Source: an uncultured Bacilli bacterium
GTDB lineage: Bacteria; Bacillota_I; Bacilli_A; RF39; UBA660
Direction of reading: 5' to 3'
DNA length: 64,000 nucleotides
NCBI GenBank assembly: GCA_934167695.1
Contig: CAKPLP010000005.1
Location: forward strand, 22,955-86,954
Shown: one piece after another, positions 23,060-32,940 of the stretch
Layout of the letters: every line of letters begins with the position of its first letter
How positions within the stretch are numbered: the first letter of the stretch is position 1
Notes under the pieces: generated by a model
Database searches by the model: none
What the model saw: the letters and a program-made list of their open reading frames with translations, nothing else
Told to the model about the DNA's origin: nothing
Made by a program: the position numbers and the translations under genes

Positions 23060-23174
23060 GGCATAAATAAGTTATGCCTTTTCTTTTAAAATATAAAACT
23101 ATAAATATTAGTTTTCAAATATTGTTTTTTTTGATACAATATAATTTGTTAGAAAGTGAGAAAAAGGTGATAAG

Positions 23175-23963
23175 ATGGGAAAGACAATTTCACTAGTAAA
23201 TCAAAAAGGTGGTGTAGGTAAAACCACTACAAGTATAAATCTTTCTGCATCATTGGCAGTATTAGGAAAAAAGGTTTTATTAATAGACTTAGATCCTCAA
23301 GGAAATACAACAACAGGTGTAGGAATAAATAAAGCGGACATTGATAAAAGTATTTATGATGTTTTAATTGGAAATTGTAAAATAAAAGAAGCTATGATTA
23401 AAACAAAGTATAAAAAATTATATGTAATACCTGCAACTATTAATTTAGCAGGATTAGATATAGAATTATTAGAAAAAAGTCAACATGAACCGGGATATCA
23501 AAAAGGAAACCAATTAAAAAATAATATTGATGAAATAAAAGATGATTTTGACTATATTATTATTGATTGTCCTCCATCATTAGGTTTAATAACTACAAAT
23601 GCATTAACTGCTTCAAATTCAGTAATAATTCCTGTTCAATGTGAATTTTTTGCTCTAGAAGGAATTATGCAATTATTAAATACAATTATGTTAGCTCAGA
23701 AAACTTTAAACCCAGATTTACAAATAGAAGGAGTATTATTAACAATGCTTGATTCAAGAACTAATTTAGGTTTCGAAGTAGTTGACGATATTAGAAAATT
23801 TTTCAAAGAAAAGGTTTACAATACCATAATTCCCAGATTAATAAGATTAACGGAAGCTCCTTCACATGGAGAACCAATAATAGCATACGATCCAAAAAGT
23901 AGAGGATCAGAAGCTTATATAAATCTTGCAAAGGAAGTGATTGAGAGAAATGGAACAAACTAA
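23175..23963 (+). CDS. soj: chromosome partitioning ATPase ParA/Soj
   Basis: Deviant Walker A motif KGGVGKTT. Confidence 0.85.
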   Translation: MGKTISLVNQKGGVGKTTTSINLSASLAVLGKKVLLIDLDPQGNTTTGVGINKADIDKSIYDVLIGNCKIKEAMIKTKYKKLYVIPATINLAGLDIELLEKSQHEPGYQKGNQLKNNIDEIKDDFDYIIIDCPPSLGLITTNALTASNSVIIPVQCEFFALEGIMQLLNTIMLAQKTLNPDLQIEGVLLTMLDSRTNLGFEVVDDIRKFFKEKVYNTIIPRLIRLTEAPSHGEPIIAYDPKSRGSEAYINLAKEVIERNGTN

Positions 23964-24840
23964 TATAAAAAGAAAGGCCTTAGGTAAAGGTTTAGAAGAA
24001 TTATTTAGTAGTGAACCAATAGACTATACTAAAGTAGAAGAAAAAATAATAGATCAAACACCAAAAGAAAAAATTGTAAATATACCTTTAAAAGATTTAA
24101 GAAGTAACCCATATCAGCCAAGAAAAATATTTGATGAACAAGCATTAGAAGAATTAGCATCATCAATTAAAGAACATGGAGTTTTTCAACCTATTATTGT
24201 TAAAAAAAGTATAAAAGGTTATGAAATAATAGCAGGAGAAAGAAGAGTAAAAGCCTCTATAATTGCAGGACTTGAAGAAATTCCAGCGATTGTAAGAGAA
24301 TTTTCCGATTCAGAAATGATGGAAATTGCTCTTCTAGAAAATCTTCAAAGAGAAAATCTAACTTCTATTGAGGAAGCAAATGCCTATCAAAAATTAATTG
24401 AAAATTTAAATATTACTCAAGAACAATTAGCAGAAAAATTAGGTAAAAGTAGATCCCATATCACTAATACTTTAGGACTTTTATCACTACCACAAGAAAC
24501 ACAATCATTAATAAATGAAAGAAAAATATCAATGGGACATGCAAGAGTTTTAAGTAAATTGGAGGACTCTTATCAAATAAAAGAATTAACTGACAAAGTA
24601 ATAACAGAAGGATTAAGCGTAAGAGACTTAGAAAATCTAACATCAAAAAATGATGATTATGTTAGAAGAAATAAAATAGTTAAAAAAAGTAATAAAGAAA
24701 ACCCATATAAATATATAGAAGACAGTTTAAATGAAAAATTAGGGACTAAGGTAAAATTAAAAAATAATAAAATAGAAATTTCATTTACAAATACCAATGA
24801 TTTAAATAGACTTTTAGAAATAATGCACCTTGATAAATAA
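23941..24840 (+). CDS. spo0J: chromosome partitioning protein ParB/Spo0J
   Basis: ParB box (GERR) and an HTH. It is paralogous to the Noc N-terminus. Confidence 0.85.
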   Translation: MREMEQTNIKRKALGKGLEELFSSEPIDYTKVEEKIIDQTPKEKIVNIPLKDLRSNPYQPRKIFDEQALEELASSIKEHGVFQPIIVKKSIKGYEIIAGERRVKASIIAGLEEIPAIVREFSDSEMMEIALLENLQRENLTSIEEANAYQKLIENLNITQEQLAEKLGKSRSHITNTLGLLSLPQETQSLINERKISMGHARVLSKLEDSYQIKELTDKVITEGLSVRDLENLTSKNDDYVRRNKIVKKSNKENPYKYIEDSLNEKLGTKVKLKNNKIEISFTNTNDLNRLLEIMHLDK

Positions 24841-24851
24841 GGAGGTAAAAA

Positions 24852-25676
24852 ATGATTACATTATTTAACACCTATGAAATAGAAATAAAATATTTCATTT
24901 TACCAATCGTTTATATTGCAATCGGAATAGTTTCATATATAATATTAAAAAAATTAATTGATAATATTTTTTCTAGAAAGACTCTTAAAAACTTTAAAAA
25001 AAGACATTATCAAAAAAGAGCTGATACTGTAAAAATTATGATTTTAAATACATTAAAATATACGATTATTATTTTTACGATATTAGCAGTGTTAACAGTT
25101 TATGGATTTAATATAAGGTCTATATTAGCAGGTTTAGGAATTACTGCTGCTATTATTGGTTTAGCATTTCAAGATATAGCAAAAGATCTTTTAGCAGGTA
25201 TATTTATAATAGCAGAAGATCAATATGAAATTGGAGATACTATAGAAGTTGATGGATTTATGGGAGAAGTTGTTTTTATTGGATTAAAAACAACTAGAAT
25301 AAAAGACTTTAAAGGAAGAACTAAAATAATTGCTAACCATAATATTACAGAGGTTATTAATTACAATTTATCAAATTCATTAGCAATAGTTGATATTGGA
25401 ATTGATTATGATGCTGATATGGATAAAGTAGAACAAACTCTTAATAATGTAATAGAGGATTTAAATAAAACATTACCTAAATTAAAAGGAAATGTTGAAT
25501 TATTAGGAATTAATGAATTAGATGATTCATCAGTAGTTTATAGAATAATCGCCCCAGTATCATCAATGGAACAATATAAAACAGAAAGAATAATGCGAAA
25601 AAAAATTAAATTAGCCTTAGATAAAGCAAAAATTAAAATACCATATCCACAAGTAGAGGTGCACAATGGAAAATAA
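24852..25676 (+). CDS. mechanosensitive ion channel, MscS family
   Basis: An MscS TM3 and beta-domain pattern (GLGITAAIIGLAFQDIAKDLLAGIFII...GDTIEVDGFMGEV). Confidence 0.7.
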   Translation: MITLFNTYEIEIKYFILPIVYIAIGIVSYIILKKLIDNIFSRKTLKNFKKRHYQKRADTVKIMILNTLKYTIIIFTILAVLTVYGFNIRSILAGLGITAAIIGLAFQDIAKDLLAGIFIIAEDQYEIGDTIEVDGFMGEVVFIGLKTTRIKDFKGRTKIIANHNITEVINYNLSNSLAIVDIGIDYDADMDKVEQTLNNVIEDLNKTLPKLKGNVELLGINELDDSSVVYRIIAPVSSMEQYKTERIMRKKIKLALDKAKIKIPYPQVEVHNGK

Positions 25677-25866
25677 TAAACAATATGGCATAGGTACCAA
25701 AGTTCAAATGAAAAAACAACATCCATGTGGTGGTAACATAGTAGAAGTTGTAAGAGTTGGTGCAGATATAAAAATAAAATGTTTAACATGTAATCATACA
25801 ATTTTAATTCCTCGCATTGATTTTAATAAAAAAATAAAAAAAATAATTTCTGAGGAAGTGAATTAA
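25666..25866 (+). CDS. small DUF951-like protein
   Basis: A 66-aa protein with HPCGG and CLTCNH motifs. A YyzM-like position is inferred. Confidence 0.4.
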   Translation: MENNKQYGIGTKVQMKKQHPCGGNIVEVVRVGADIKIKCLTCNHTILIPRIDFNKKIKKIISEEVN

Positions 25867-25867
25867 T

Positions 25868-27475
25868 ATGACAGAAAAAAGAAAATTAAGATTGAAAAAA
25901 TTCTATTTTCATCCAATTACCATGTTATTAGTTGCAACTATAGTAGTTTTAATACTAAGTTCTATTTTATCAGGATTAGAAGTTCAAGCAACATATAACC
26001 TAGTTAATAAAACAACAAATGAACTTGAGCCAACATTAGTAACTATAGAAAATCTTTTAACCTATAATGGATTAAAGTCACTAATAAGTAGTGCAACAAC
26101 AAATTTCGTAGCATTTGCTCCATTAAGTATGTTAATAATATCTTTAATAGGAATAAGTATAGCCGAATCAACTGGATTAATAGATACCCTATCAAAAAGA
26201 AAAATAAAAAAATTAACTAAAAATAAATTAACATTTATAGTATTGTTTTTAGGTGTTATATCATCATTAATAAGTGATGTTGGTTATGCAATATTAATTC
26301 CTCTTGCAGCAATAATCTATGAAATAAATGGTAGAAATCCATTGTTAGGTATAATTACTGCATTCTGCGGAACAGCCTTCGGAAGTGGTGTTAGTCTATT
26401 CGTAGGTTGGAGCGAAGTAAACTTAATTCCATCTACAACAAGTGCAGCACATTTAATTGATACTTCAACCCACATAAGCTTAAGTTCAAATTTATTCTTT
26501 ACAATAGTATCAACATTTGTAATTTCTATCGTAGGAACAATTATAATAGAGAAATTAATAAGTCCTAAACTTGGAAAATATCATTTTCATGATCGTACTA
26601 CAGGAGAAACACTAAAAACATCAGAGTTAATTATCGCAGATATAGAAGAAGTAGAACAAAATAAAATTGCAATAGAAAAAAAAGAAAAAAGAGGTTTACG
26701 TTATGCATTAATTGCAACAATAATTTCACTTCTAATATTTATTTACATGTTAATACCAAATTTACCGGGATCAGGGTTATTACTAGATACAACAGAAGCA
26801 ACTTATGTAAATCAATTATTTGGAAAATCTTCTTATTTCCATCTAGCATTTTCATTTTTAGTATCACTTTTCTTTATAATAATTTCTTTAGCCTATGCTA
26901 TAGGTGCTAAGAGTATAAAAAATGATCGAGAATTAATAGAAAAAGCTAGTGCCAATTTTAAAAATATCGGAATGATTTTAATATTAATGTTTGTCTTTTC
27001 TCAATTTTTAGCAGTTTGGAAAAAGAGTAATATAGGAATTATAATAACAACATGGTTAGCTACTCTACTATCACATTTAGAATTTACAGATATACCTTTA
27101 ATAGTAACAACATTAATATTTATAGCCATTGCTAATATTTTTTGTACAAGTTTGACAACAAAGTGGAAAATCTTCTCTCCTATTGTAATTCCCCTATTCA
27201 TGCAAGCAAACATCTCACCACAATTTGCCCAAATAGTAATGCGTGCAGGAGATTCAATGACAAAAGGAATTACTCCATTTTTATCATTCTTTATTATTTA
27301 TTTAGGATATTTAAATCTATATAATCAAAATAAACAAAAACCTATCACAATTCACCATTCTCTTAAAATAGTAACTCCATTTTTTGCTATTATAAGTTTT
27401 ACATGGATTTTGTTAATTATAGGATGGTATATAATAGGTATTCCAATAGGACCGGGGGTTAGTCCAACCATTTAA
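25868..27475 (+). CDS. AbgT-family (p-aminobenzoyl-glutamate transporter-like) membrane transporter
   Basis: A 535-aa polytopic protein. Its N-terminal region resembles the AbgT/YdaH family. Confidence 0.5.
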   Translation: MTEKRKLRLKKFYFHPITMLLVATIVVLILSSILSGLEVQATYNLVNKTTNELEPTLVTIENLLTYNGLKSLISSATTNFVAFAPLSMLIISLIGISIAESTGLIDTLSKRKIKKLTKNKLTFIVLFLGVISSLISDVGYAILIPLAAIIYEINGRNPLLGIITAFCGTAFGSGVSLFVGWSEVNLIPSTTSAAHLIDTSTHISLSSNLFFTIVSTFVISIVGTIIIEKLISPKLGKYHFHDRTTGETLKTSELIIADIEEVEQNKIAIEKKEKRGLRYALIATIISLLIFIYMLIPNLPGSGLLLDTTEATYVNQLFGKSSYFHLAFSFLVSLFFIIISLAYAIGAKSIKNDRELIEKASANFKNIGMILILMFVFSQFLAVWKKSNIGIIITTWLATLLSHLEFTDIPLIVTTLIFIAIANIFCTSLTTKWKIFSPIVIPLFMQANISPQFAQIVMRAGDSMTKGITPFLSFFIIYLGYLNLYNQNKQKPITIHHSLKIVTPFFAIISFTWILLIIGWYIIGIPIGPGVSPTI

Positions 27476-27546
27476 GACGAAAGTCTTTTTTTCTTGCTAA
27501 TAAAAAGATAAAAGTATATAATAAGTAGAAGAAAAGAGGTAATAAT

Positions 27547-28647
27547 ATGAGTTTAACAGCCGGGATTGTAGGACTACCAAACGTAGGAAAATCTACCCTA
27601 TTTAACGCTATTACAAAAAAGCACATTTTAGCAGAAAATTATCCATTTGCAACAATAGATCCAAATGTTGGTGTAGTTACAGTACCAGATAAAAGAATAG
27701 AAAAATTAGCAGAAATGTACAAACCAAATAAAGTTATTCCAACAGCCTATGAATTTACAGATATCGCAGGTTTAGTAAAAGGTGCTTCAAACGGAGAAGG
27801 TTTAGGAAATAAATTTTTAGCACACATAAGAGAAACAGATGCAATTTGTGAAGTAGTAAGATGCTTTGAAAATGGTAAAATAATTCACGTTGAAGGAAAT
27901 ATAGATCCAATAAGAGATATCGAAACTATAAATCTAGAATTGACAATCGCGGATTTAGATATTGTAAATAATAGATTAGAAAAAGTTGCCAAAAAAGCAC
28001 GCACTAGTAAAGAAAAAAACGATTTGTTAGAAGTAGAAGCTTTGAAAAAGGCTAAAGAAGCATTAGAAAATAATATTCCTTTAAGATTGGTTAATTATAC
28101 TGAAGAAGAAAAATTAATATTAAAGTCTTATAGTTTTCTAACTATTAAACCTATAATTTATCTTGCAAATGTATCAGAAGAAGAAATTTCAAATGAAGAT
28201 AATGAGTATGTTAAAAAAGTAAAAGAATATGCTTTAAAAGAAAATGCCCCAGTAGTAAAACTATGTGCAAAATTAGAAGAAGATTTAAGTGAATTAGAAG
28301 AAGATGAAAAAAAAGAAATGCTTGATGCTTTAAATATTCCTTCAAGTGGTTTAGATCAGTTAATTGCTACTACTTACGATATTCTAGGATTAGCAACATA
28401 TTTTACAGTAGGAAAAGATGAAGTAAGAGCATGGACATTTAAAAAAGGAATGAACGCAAAAAAATGTGCAGGTATAATTCATACTGATTTTGAAAAAGGA
28501 TTTATAAAAGCAGAAGTTATGAGTTATGATGATCTAATAAAATATGGAAGTGAATTAAAAGTAAAAGAAAATGGAAAAACAAGACTTGAAGGCAAAGATT
28601 ATTTAATGCAAGATGGAGATATTTGCCATTTCAGATTTAATGTATAA
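27547..28647 (+). CDS. ychF: ribosome-binding ATPase YchF
   Basis: GIVGLPNVGKSTLFNA and a C-terminal TGS domain. Confidence 0.9.
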   Translation: MSLTAGIVGLPNVGKSTLFNAITKKHILAENYPFATIDPNVGVVTVPDKRIEKLAEMYKPNKVIPTAYEFTDIAGLVKGASNGEGLGNKFLAHIRETDAICEVVRCFENGKIIHVEGNIDPIRDIETINLELTIADLDIVNNRLEKVAKKARTSKEKNDLLEVEALKKAKEALENNIPLRLVNYTEEEKLILKSYSFLTIKPIIYLANVSEEEISNEDNEYVKKVKEYALKENAPVVKLCAKLEEDLSELEEDEKKEMLDALNIPSSGLDQLIATTYDILGLATYFTVGKDEVRAWTFKKGMNAKKCAGIIHTDFEKGFIKAEVMSYDDLIKYGSELKVKENGKTRLEGKDYLMQDGDICHFRFNV

Positions 28648-28760
28648 TAAAAATAATAAAAAAGTTTTACAAATAACTATAAATCTGATATAATACATTC
28701 GAGTATTTAAAATACTCCTTGCCTTTATAAAAGGCCATAAGTCCAAAGGGAGGTGTAACA

Positions 28761-29048
28761 ATGAGAAAATATGAGTTAATGTTCATCGTAAAATCTGATA
28801 TGGAAGAAGCAGAAATTAAAAAAACAGCAGAAGCTATGAAAAAGATTTTAACAGATGGAAAAGCAACTATATTAGAAGAAAAAGCAATGGGACAAAAAGA
28901 ATTAGCATACGAAATAAACAAAATGAAAACAGGTTACTATTTTCTTTATGTAGTTGAAACAACAAGTGAAGTAATCGATGAATTCGAACGTGTAGCAAGA
29001 ATTAATGAAAATATACTTCGTCATTTAACTATTAAAGTAGAAGACTAA
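28761..29048 (+). CDS. rpsF: 30S ribosomal protein S6
   Basis: MRKYELMFIV start. The rpsF-ssb-rpsR operon order is conserved. Confidence 0.9.
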   Translation: MRKYELMFIVKSDMEEAEIKKTAEAMKKILTDGKATILEEKAMGQKELAYEINKMKTGYYFLYVVETTSEVIDEFERVARINENILRHLTIKVED

Positions 29049-29063
29049 AAGTGAGGAAATTTT

Positions 29064-29543
29064 ATGAATAAAGTATTTTTAATAGGTCGTCTAACTAGAG
29101 ATCCAGAACTAAGATATACAGGCAGTAATATTGCTGTTGCTACTTTCTCTCTAGCTGTAAATAGAAATTTTACTAATCAATCAGGAGAAAGAGAAGCAGA
29201 TTTTATTAATATTGTTGTTTGGAGAAAACAAGCAGAAAATGTAAAAAATTATTTAAGTCAAGGTAGTCAAGTAGCTATTGATGGTCGTCTTCAAACTAGA
29301 AGTTATGATGATCAAGACGGTAAAAAACGTTATGTGACTGAGGTTGTTGCAGATAATGTTGAATTTTTAGGAACAAGAGGAAATAATTCATCTACTCCTA
29401 CTACATCAACAAATCAATGTGAACCTACTCCATATGATTTTGCCGCTCCATCAAATAACACTACAACTACCAATATAGATAATAATCCTTTCGCAGATTT
29501 TGGATCAAACATTGAAATAAGTGATGATGAATTACCATTCTAA
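29064..29543 (+). CDS. ssb: single-stranded DNA-binding protein
   Basis: An OB fold ([19 protein letters not shown]) and the acidic tip DDELPF. Confidence 0.9.
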   Translation: MNKVFLIGRLTRDPELRYTGSNIAVATFSLAVNRNFTNQSGEREADFINIVVWRKQAENVKNYLSQGSQVAIDGRLQTRSYDDQDGKKRYVTEVVADNVEFLGTRGNNSSTPTTSTNQCEPTPYDFAAPSNNTTTTNIDNNPFADFGSNIEISDDELPF

Positions 29544-29557
29544 AAAGGAGGATAATT

Positions 29558-29773
29558 ATGGCAGAATTTTATCGTAAAAAGAAAAAGGTTTGTATGTTAT
29601 GTACAGGAAAAACTGTAGATTACAAAGATCCTGAATCTTTAAGAAAATATGTTAATGAAAAAGGTAAAATAGTTCCAAGACGTATTACAGGAACATGTGC
29701 ACGTCACCAAAGAGAAATAGCTCGTGAAATAAAAAGAGCTCGTGCAATCGCTCTATTACCTTATACAAAGTAG
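29558..29773 (+). CDS. rpsR: 30S ribosomal protein S18
   Basis: A 71-aa protein with the conserved S18 core ([11 protein letters not shown]). Confidence 0.9.
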   Translation: MAEFYRKKKKVCMLCTGKTVDYKDPESLRKYVNEKGKIVPRRITGTCARHQREIAREIKRARAIALLPYTK

Positions 29774-29775
29774 TA

Positions 29776-29806
29776 AATTGATAGTAGTAACTATCAATTT
29801 TTTTTA
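29776..29806 (+). terminator. rho-independent terminator after rpsR
   Basis: A perfect 10-bp stem AATTGATAGT / ACTATCAATT with an AGTA loop, followed by T7. Confidence 0.7.
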
Positions 29807-29825
29807 AATAAAATAGGAGAAAAAT

Positions 29826-30965
29826 ATGTTTGAAGATTATAAAGGAGTAATTGATTTAGATTTAGTATTAAAAGAAAGTTATAATTATAAATATGATTCC
29901 AATAATTTAGAAGATTTTTATAATCAAGATTTTATAGAAATGGAAGGAAATGGATTAACGGCAATGTGTTGGATCAAATATCAAGATAATAAATATTTGT
30001 TTAAACCAATGAAAGATTCATGTATTAATATCTGGGGAGAATTACTTTCTAATCAATTAGCAAAGCAAATTGGCATTCCATGTTGTAACTATAGAGCAGG
30101 TAAATTAGGAAATAAATATGGAGTAATTACTGAAAAAATAAATAAAAAAGAAGAAACCCTAATATTAGGAAGTGAAATAATTCAAGAATTTTTTGACTAC
30201 TATCCAGAAATCAAAAAGAAATATATAACAGAAATGCTAACAGATCCAAAAAATAATAACTGTTATAACCAACAACATCATCTTTTTAATCATTTAAATA
30301 ATTTAGAACAAATTTGGTTTATACTATCAAGTTTTGATAATATAAAGAAAAATAATTCAAAAAACTATAATTTTTCAACTTTAAATCAAGAAGCAATTAA
30401 TTCAATTATTACATTTTTAAGTGTAATGTTAATTTTTGATATTGTTACATTACAAGCAGATAGAAATGTGAATAATTGGGCTGTACTTTACAATACAAAG
30501 GAATTTAAGCCATGTCCTTTATATGACAATGCAATATCCTTTGGTCTAGGTTATAATAATATGAAAGAAAGAGTCCATGACTTTAGAAATCAAGTATTAA
30601 ATTATAAATATTTTAATGATGATATAAATATTCAAAGTTATATTTACAAACCATCTCCCCTATTTACTTTGTCTAGTGAAAATAAAAATGAACAAAAACA
30701 AAGAAAACATAATAATATTTTAAAAGTATTCGATGAATTTTTAACAAAACTGGATGATAATTATAAAGAGATAGCATATTATTTAATTCAGAGTATAGAA
30801 GATGAAAACTTCTCTAATTTAATAACAAAAACAGAAATTGAAAATGGAATAGTAATGGATGCAGAAGTTAGATTTTATATAGAATCAACAATGAAATTTC
30901 ATTATAAATATTTAAATGAAATCATAAACAAGCATAAAGTTAGGAGTAGTATTAATGCAAAGTAG
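29826..30965 (+). CDS. HipA-like / atypical kinase-fold protein
   Basis: The C-terminal half has QADRNVNNWAVL followed by PLYDNAISFG. This resembles the HipA_C catalytic loop (DxHxKN) and the APxYD motif. It is not part of the conserved rpsR-rplI synteny. Confidence 0.35.
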   Translation: MFEDYKGVIDLDLVLKESYNYKYDSNNLEDFYNQDFIEMEGNGLTAMCWIKYQDNKYLFKPMKDSCINIWGELLSNQLAKQIGIPCCNYRAGKLGNKYGVITEKINKKEETLILGSEIIQEFFDYYPEIKKKYITEMLTDPKNNNCYNQQHHLFNHLNNLEQIWFILSSFDNIKKNNSKNYNFSTLNQEAINSIITFLSVMLIFDIVTLQADRNVNNWAVLYNTKEFKPCPLYDNAISFGLGYNNMKERVHDFRNQVLNYKYFNDDINIQSYIYKPSPLFTLSSENKNEQKQRKHNNILKVFDEFLTKLDDNYKEIAYYLIQSIEDENFSNLITKTEIENGIVMDAEVRFYIESTMKFHYKYLNEIINKHKVRSSINAK

Positions 30966-31374
30966 TATAGTTGAACAATTTGAAAATCTTACTAATATTC
31001 TTTTAGAAGAAGGCTATGATATAAAAAAAATAAATAGTGATAATTTTAATATTGGCCAAAATAAAATAAAAGAAGGAAATTTATATTTTATTTGTAATAA
31101 TAAAAATGTTTATGCAGCCTTGTTAATCTGGAATAATACATACTGGTGGTCATTATATAAAAATTATGAATTTCAACCATTTAAACAAGCAGTACCTATT
31201 AATAATGAACAAAGAATAGAAGAAAGTAATTACATTATAGAAATGATGATGAATATTACTGAAAGTACAAAAATTAAAAAGGTGTTTCCCAATATTGAAT
31301 CACTAAGTATTGATGAAAAAATAAAAGTATTAAAAAAAATAGGTCTAAATTCTGAAGGATACCATATTCGTTAA
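30955..31374 (+). CDS. hypothetical 139-aa protein, translationally coupled to the upstream kinase-like gene (11-bp overlap)
   Basis: An ORF with no recognisable motifs, co-oriented with and overlapping the preceding gene. Confidence 0.3.
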   Translation: MQSSIVEQFENLTNILLEEGYDIKKINSDNFNIGQNKIKEGNLYFICNNKNVYAALLIWNNTYWWSLYKNYEFQPFKQAVPINNEQRIEESNYIIEMMMNITESTKIKKVFPNIESLSIDEKIKVLKKIGLNSEGYHIR

Positions 31375-31501
31375 ACTATATTTTCTATAAAGGTGATCTT
31401 ATTTTATAACTTCACCTTTTTATCTTGCCATACAACTTATAATATTAGACAATATTTTAAAATTATTATATAATTAATATTAGAAATTACTAGGAGGAAG
31501 T

Positions 31502-32488
31502 ATGGGGATTGTAGAAAGTAAAAGAAAATTTAAAAAGCTAATAAGAAAATCAAAAAATATATTTATAGTTGCACATAAAAACTTAGATCTAGATGCCCTA
31601 GGCAGTTCAATAGGAATGTATAGTATTCTAAAACAAAAAAGAAAAAACTGCTTTATGGTTATAGATGATAAAAATCCAGAAATGGGAGTTTCTAAAGTAT
31701 TACGAGAAATAGAAGGCTGTTATAATATTATTAAAAGTACAGATATTCCAGTTTATCTATACAAAAGAAATAAAAAAAACTTATTAATAATTTTGGATAC
31801 TAATAAAGAATATTTATTACAATCAGAAAATATCCTTGAGTATTTTACAAACAAAATAATTATAGATCATCATGATTTAAATAAAGACTCAATAAGTGAT
31901 GGTCTAATTATAAATGAAGAAAATATGTCAAGCACCTGCGAAATGGTTGTTAATATTTCTAACTTTTATAATATAGACTTACCTCCATATGTATGCACTG
32001 CTCTACTATCAGGAATGGTTTTAGATACAAATAACTTTACATTAAAGACAACAGCAGATACATATTATACAGCTTATTATTTAACTGCTTTAGGAGCAAG
32101 TCCTAAAAAGGTACAATATTTATTAAAACAAGATTTAAGTACCTATGCAGAACAACAAAAGTTAATGGTAAATATAGAAATAAAAGATAAGGTAGCAATA
32201 ACAAAAGGTACTCAATATGTAATTTATAGAAGAGAAGATTTAGCAAAAACAGCAGATACTTTATTATTCTTTAATGATATAGAAGCATCCTTTGTTATAG
32301 GAAAAATAGGAAAAGATGTTGTCGGAGTATCAGCCCGTTCATTAGGTGATTATGATATATCTAATATTTTAGAAGAACTTGGTGGTGGAGGTGACTCCTA
32401 TAACGGTGCAGCTGTTTTTGAAAATAAAACAATCGGAGAAGTAGTAGAAATACTAAAAAAAGCAATAAAAAATCAGGACGGTGAATAA
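31502..32488 (+). CDS. DHH/DHHA1 phosphoesterase (NrnA / GdpP-like catalytic module only)
   Basis: DHH motif (IIDHHD) and a DHHA1 glycine-rich motif ([10 protein letters not shown]). It occupies the gdpP slot before rplI but lacks the TM, PAS and GGDEF domains. Confidence 0.6.
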   Translation: MGIVESKRKFKKLIRKSKNIFIVAHKNLDLDALGSSIGMYSILKQKRKNCFMVIDDKNPEMGVSKVLREIEGCYNIIKSTDIPVYLYKRNKKNLLIILDTNKEYLLQSENILEYFTNKIIIDHHDLNKDSISDGLIINEENMSSTCEMVVNISNFYNIDLPPYVCTALLSGMVLDTNNFTLKTTADTYYTAYYLTALGASPKKVQYLLKQDLSTYAEQQKLMVNIEIKDKVAITKGTQYVIYRREDLAKTADTLLFFNDIEASFVIGKIGKDVVGVSARSLGDYDISNILEELGGGGDSYNGAAVFENKTIGEVVEILKKAIKNQDGE

Positions 32489-32489
32489 T

Positions 32490-32930
32490 ATGAAAGTAAT
32501 ATTTATAAAAGATTTAAAAAAACAAGGCAAAAAAGGCGAAATTAAAAACGTAAAAGATGGATATGCAGAAAATTTTCTTATAAAAAATGGATATGCTGTT
32601 CAACTAAACAATGAAAATTTAAAACAATATGAAAAAGAAAAACATCAAGAAGAAAAGAAGTTAGAATTAACAAAGAAAAATGCACAAGAATTAAAACAAA
32701 AATTAGATAATACAATAATTGAATTTAAAGTAAGAACTGGTGTCGGAGATAAAGTATTTGGAAGTATTAGTGCTAAACAAATAAAAGATGAACTATCAAA
32801 ACTAAACTATCAAATAGATAAACGACAAATAGAAATGGAAAATGCAATTATTTCATTAGGCTTTCATACAGTAAGAATAAATCTATTCCAAGATATTTAT
32901 GCAAATATAAAAGTTCATGTAATAAAGTAG
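32490..32930 (+). CDS. rplI: 50S ribosomal protein L9
   Basis: [30 protein letters not shown]. The ATG start was chosen over the GTG of the ORF track. Confidence 0.9.
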   Translation: MKVIFIKDLKKQGKKGEIKNVKDGYAENFLIKNGYAVQLNNENLKQYEKEKHQEEKKLELTKKNAQELKQKLDNTIIEFKVRTGVGDKVFGSISAKQIKDELSKLNYQIDKRQIEMENAIISLGFHTVRINLFQDIYANIKVHVIK

Positions 32931-32940
32931 AGGTGATATT

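Noticed and set aside
28648-28760. A structured rpsF (S6:S18) leader RNA element.
   Set aside because: A small GCCTTT-ATA-AAAGGC hairpin exists upstream of rpsF, but it is too short to be recognised with confidence as the conserved S6 leader motif without a covariance model.
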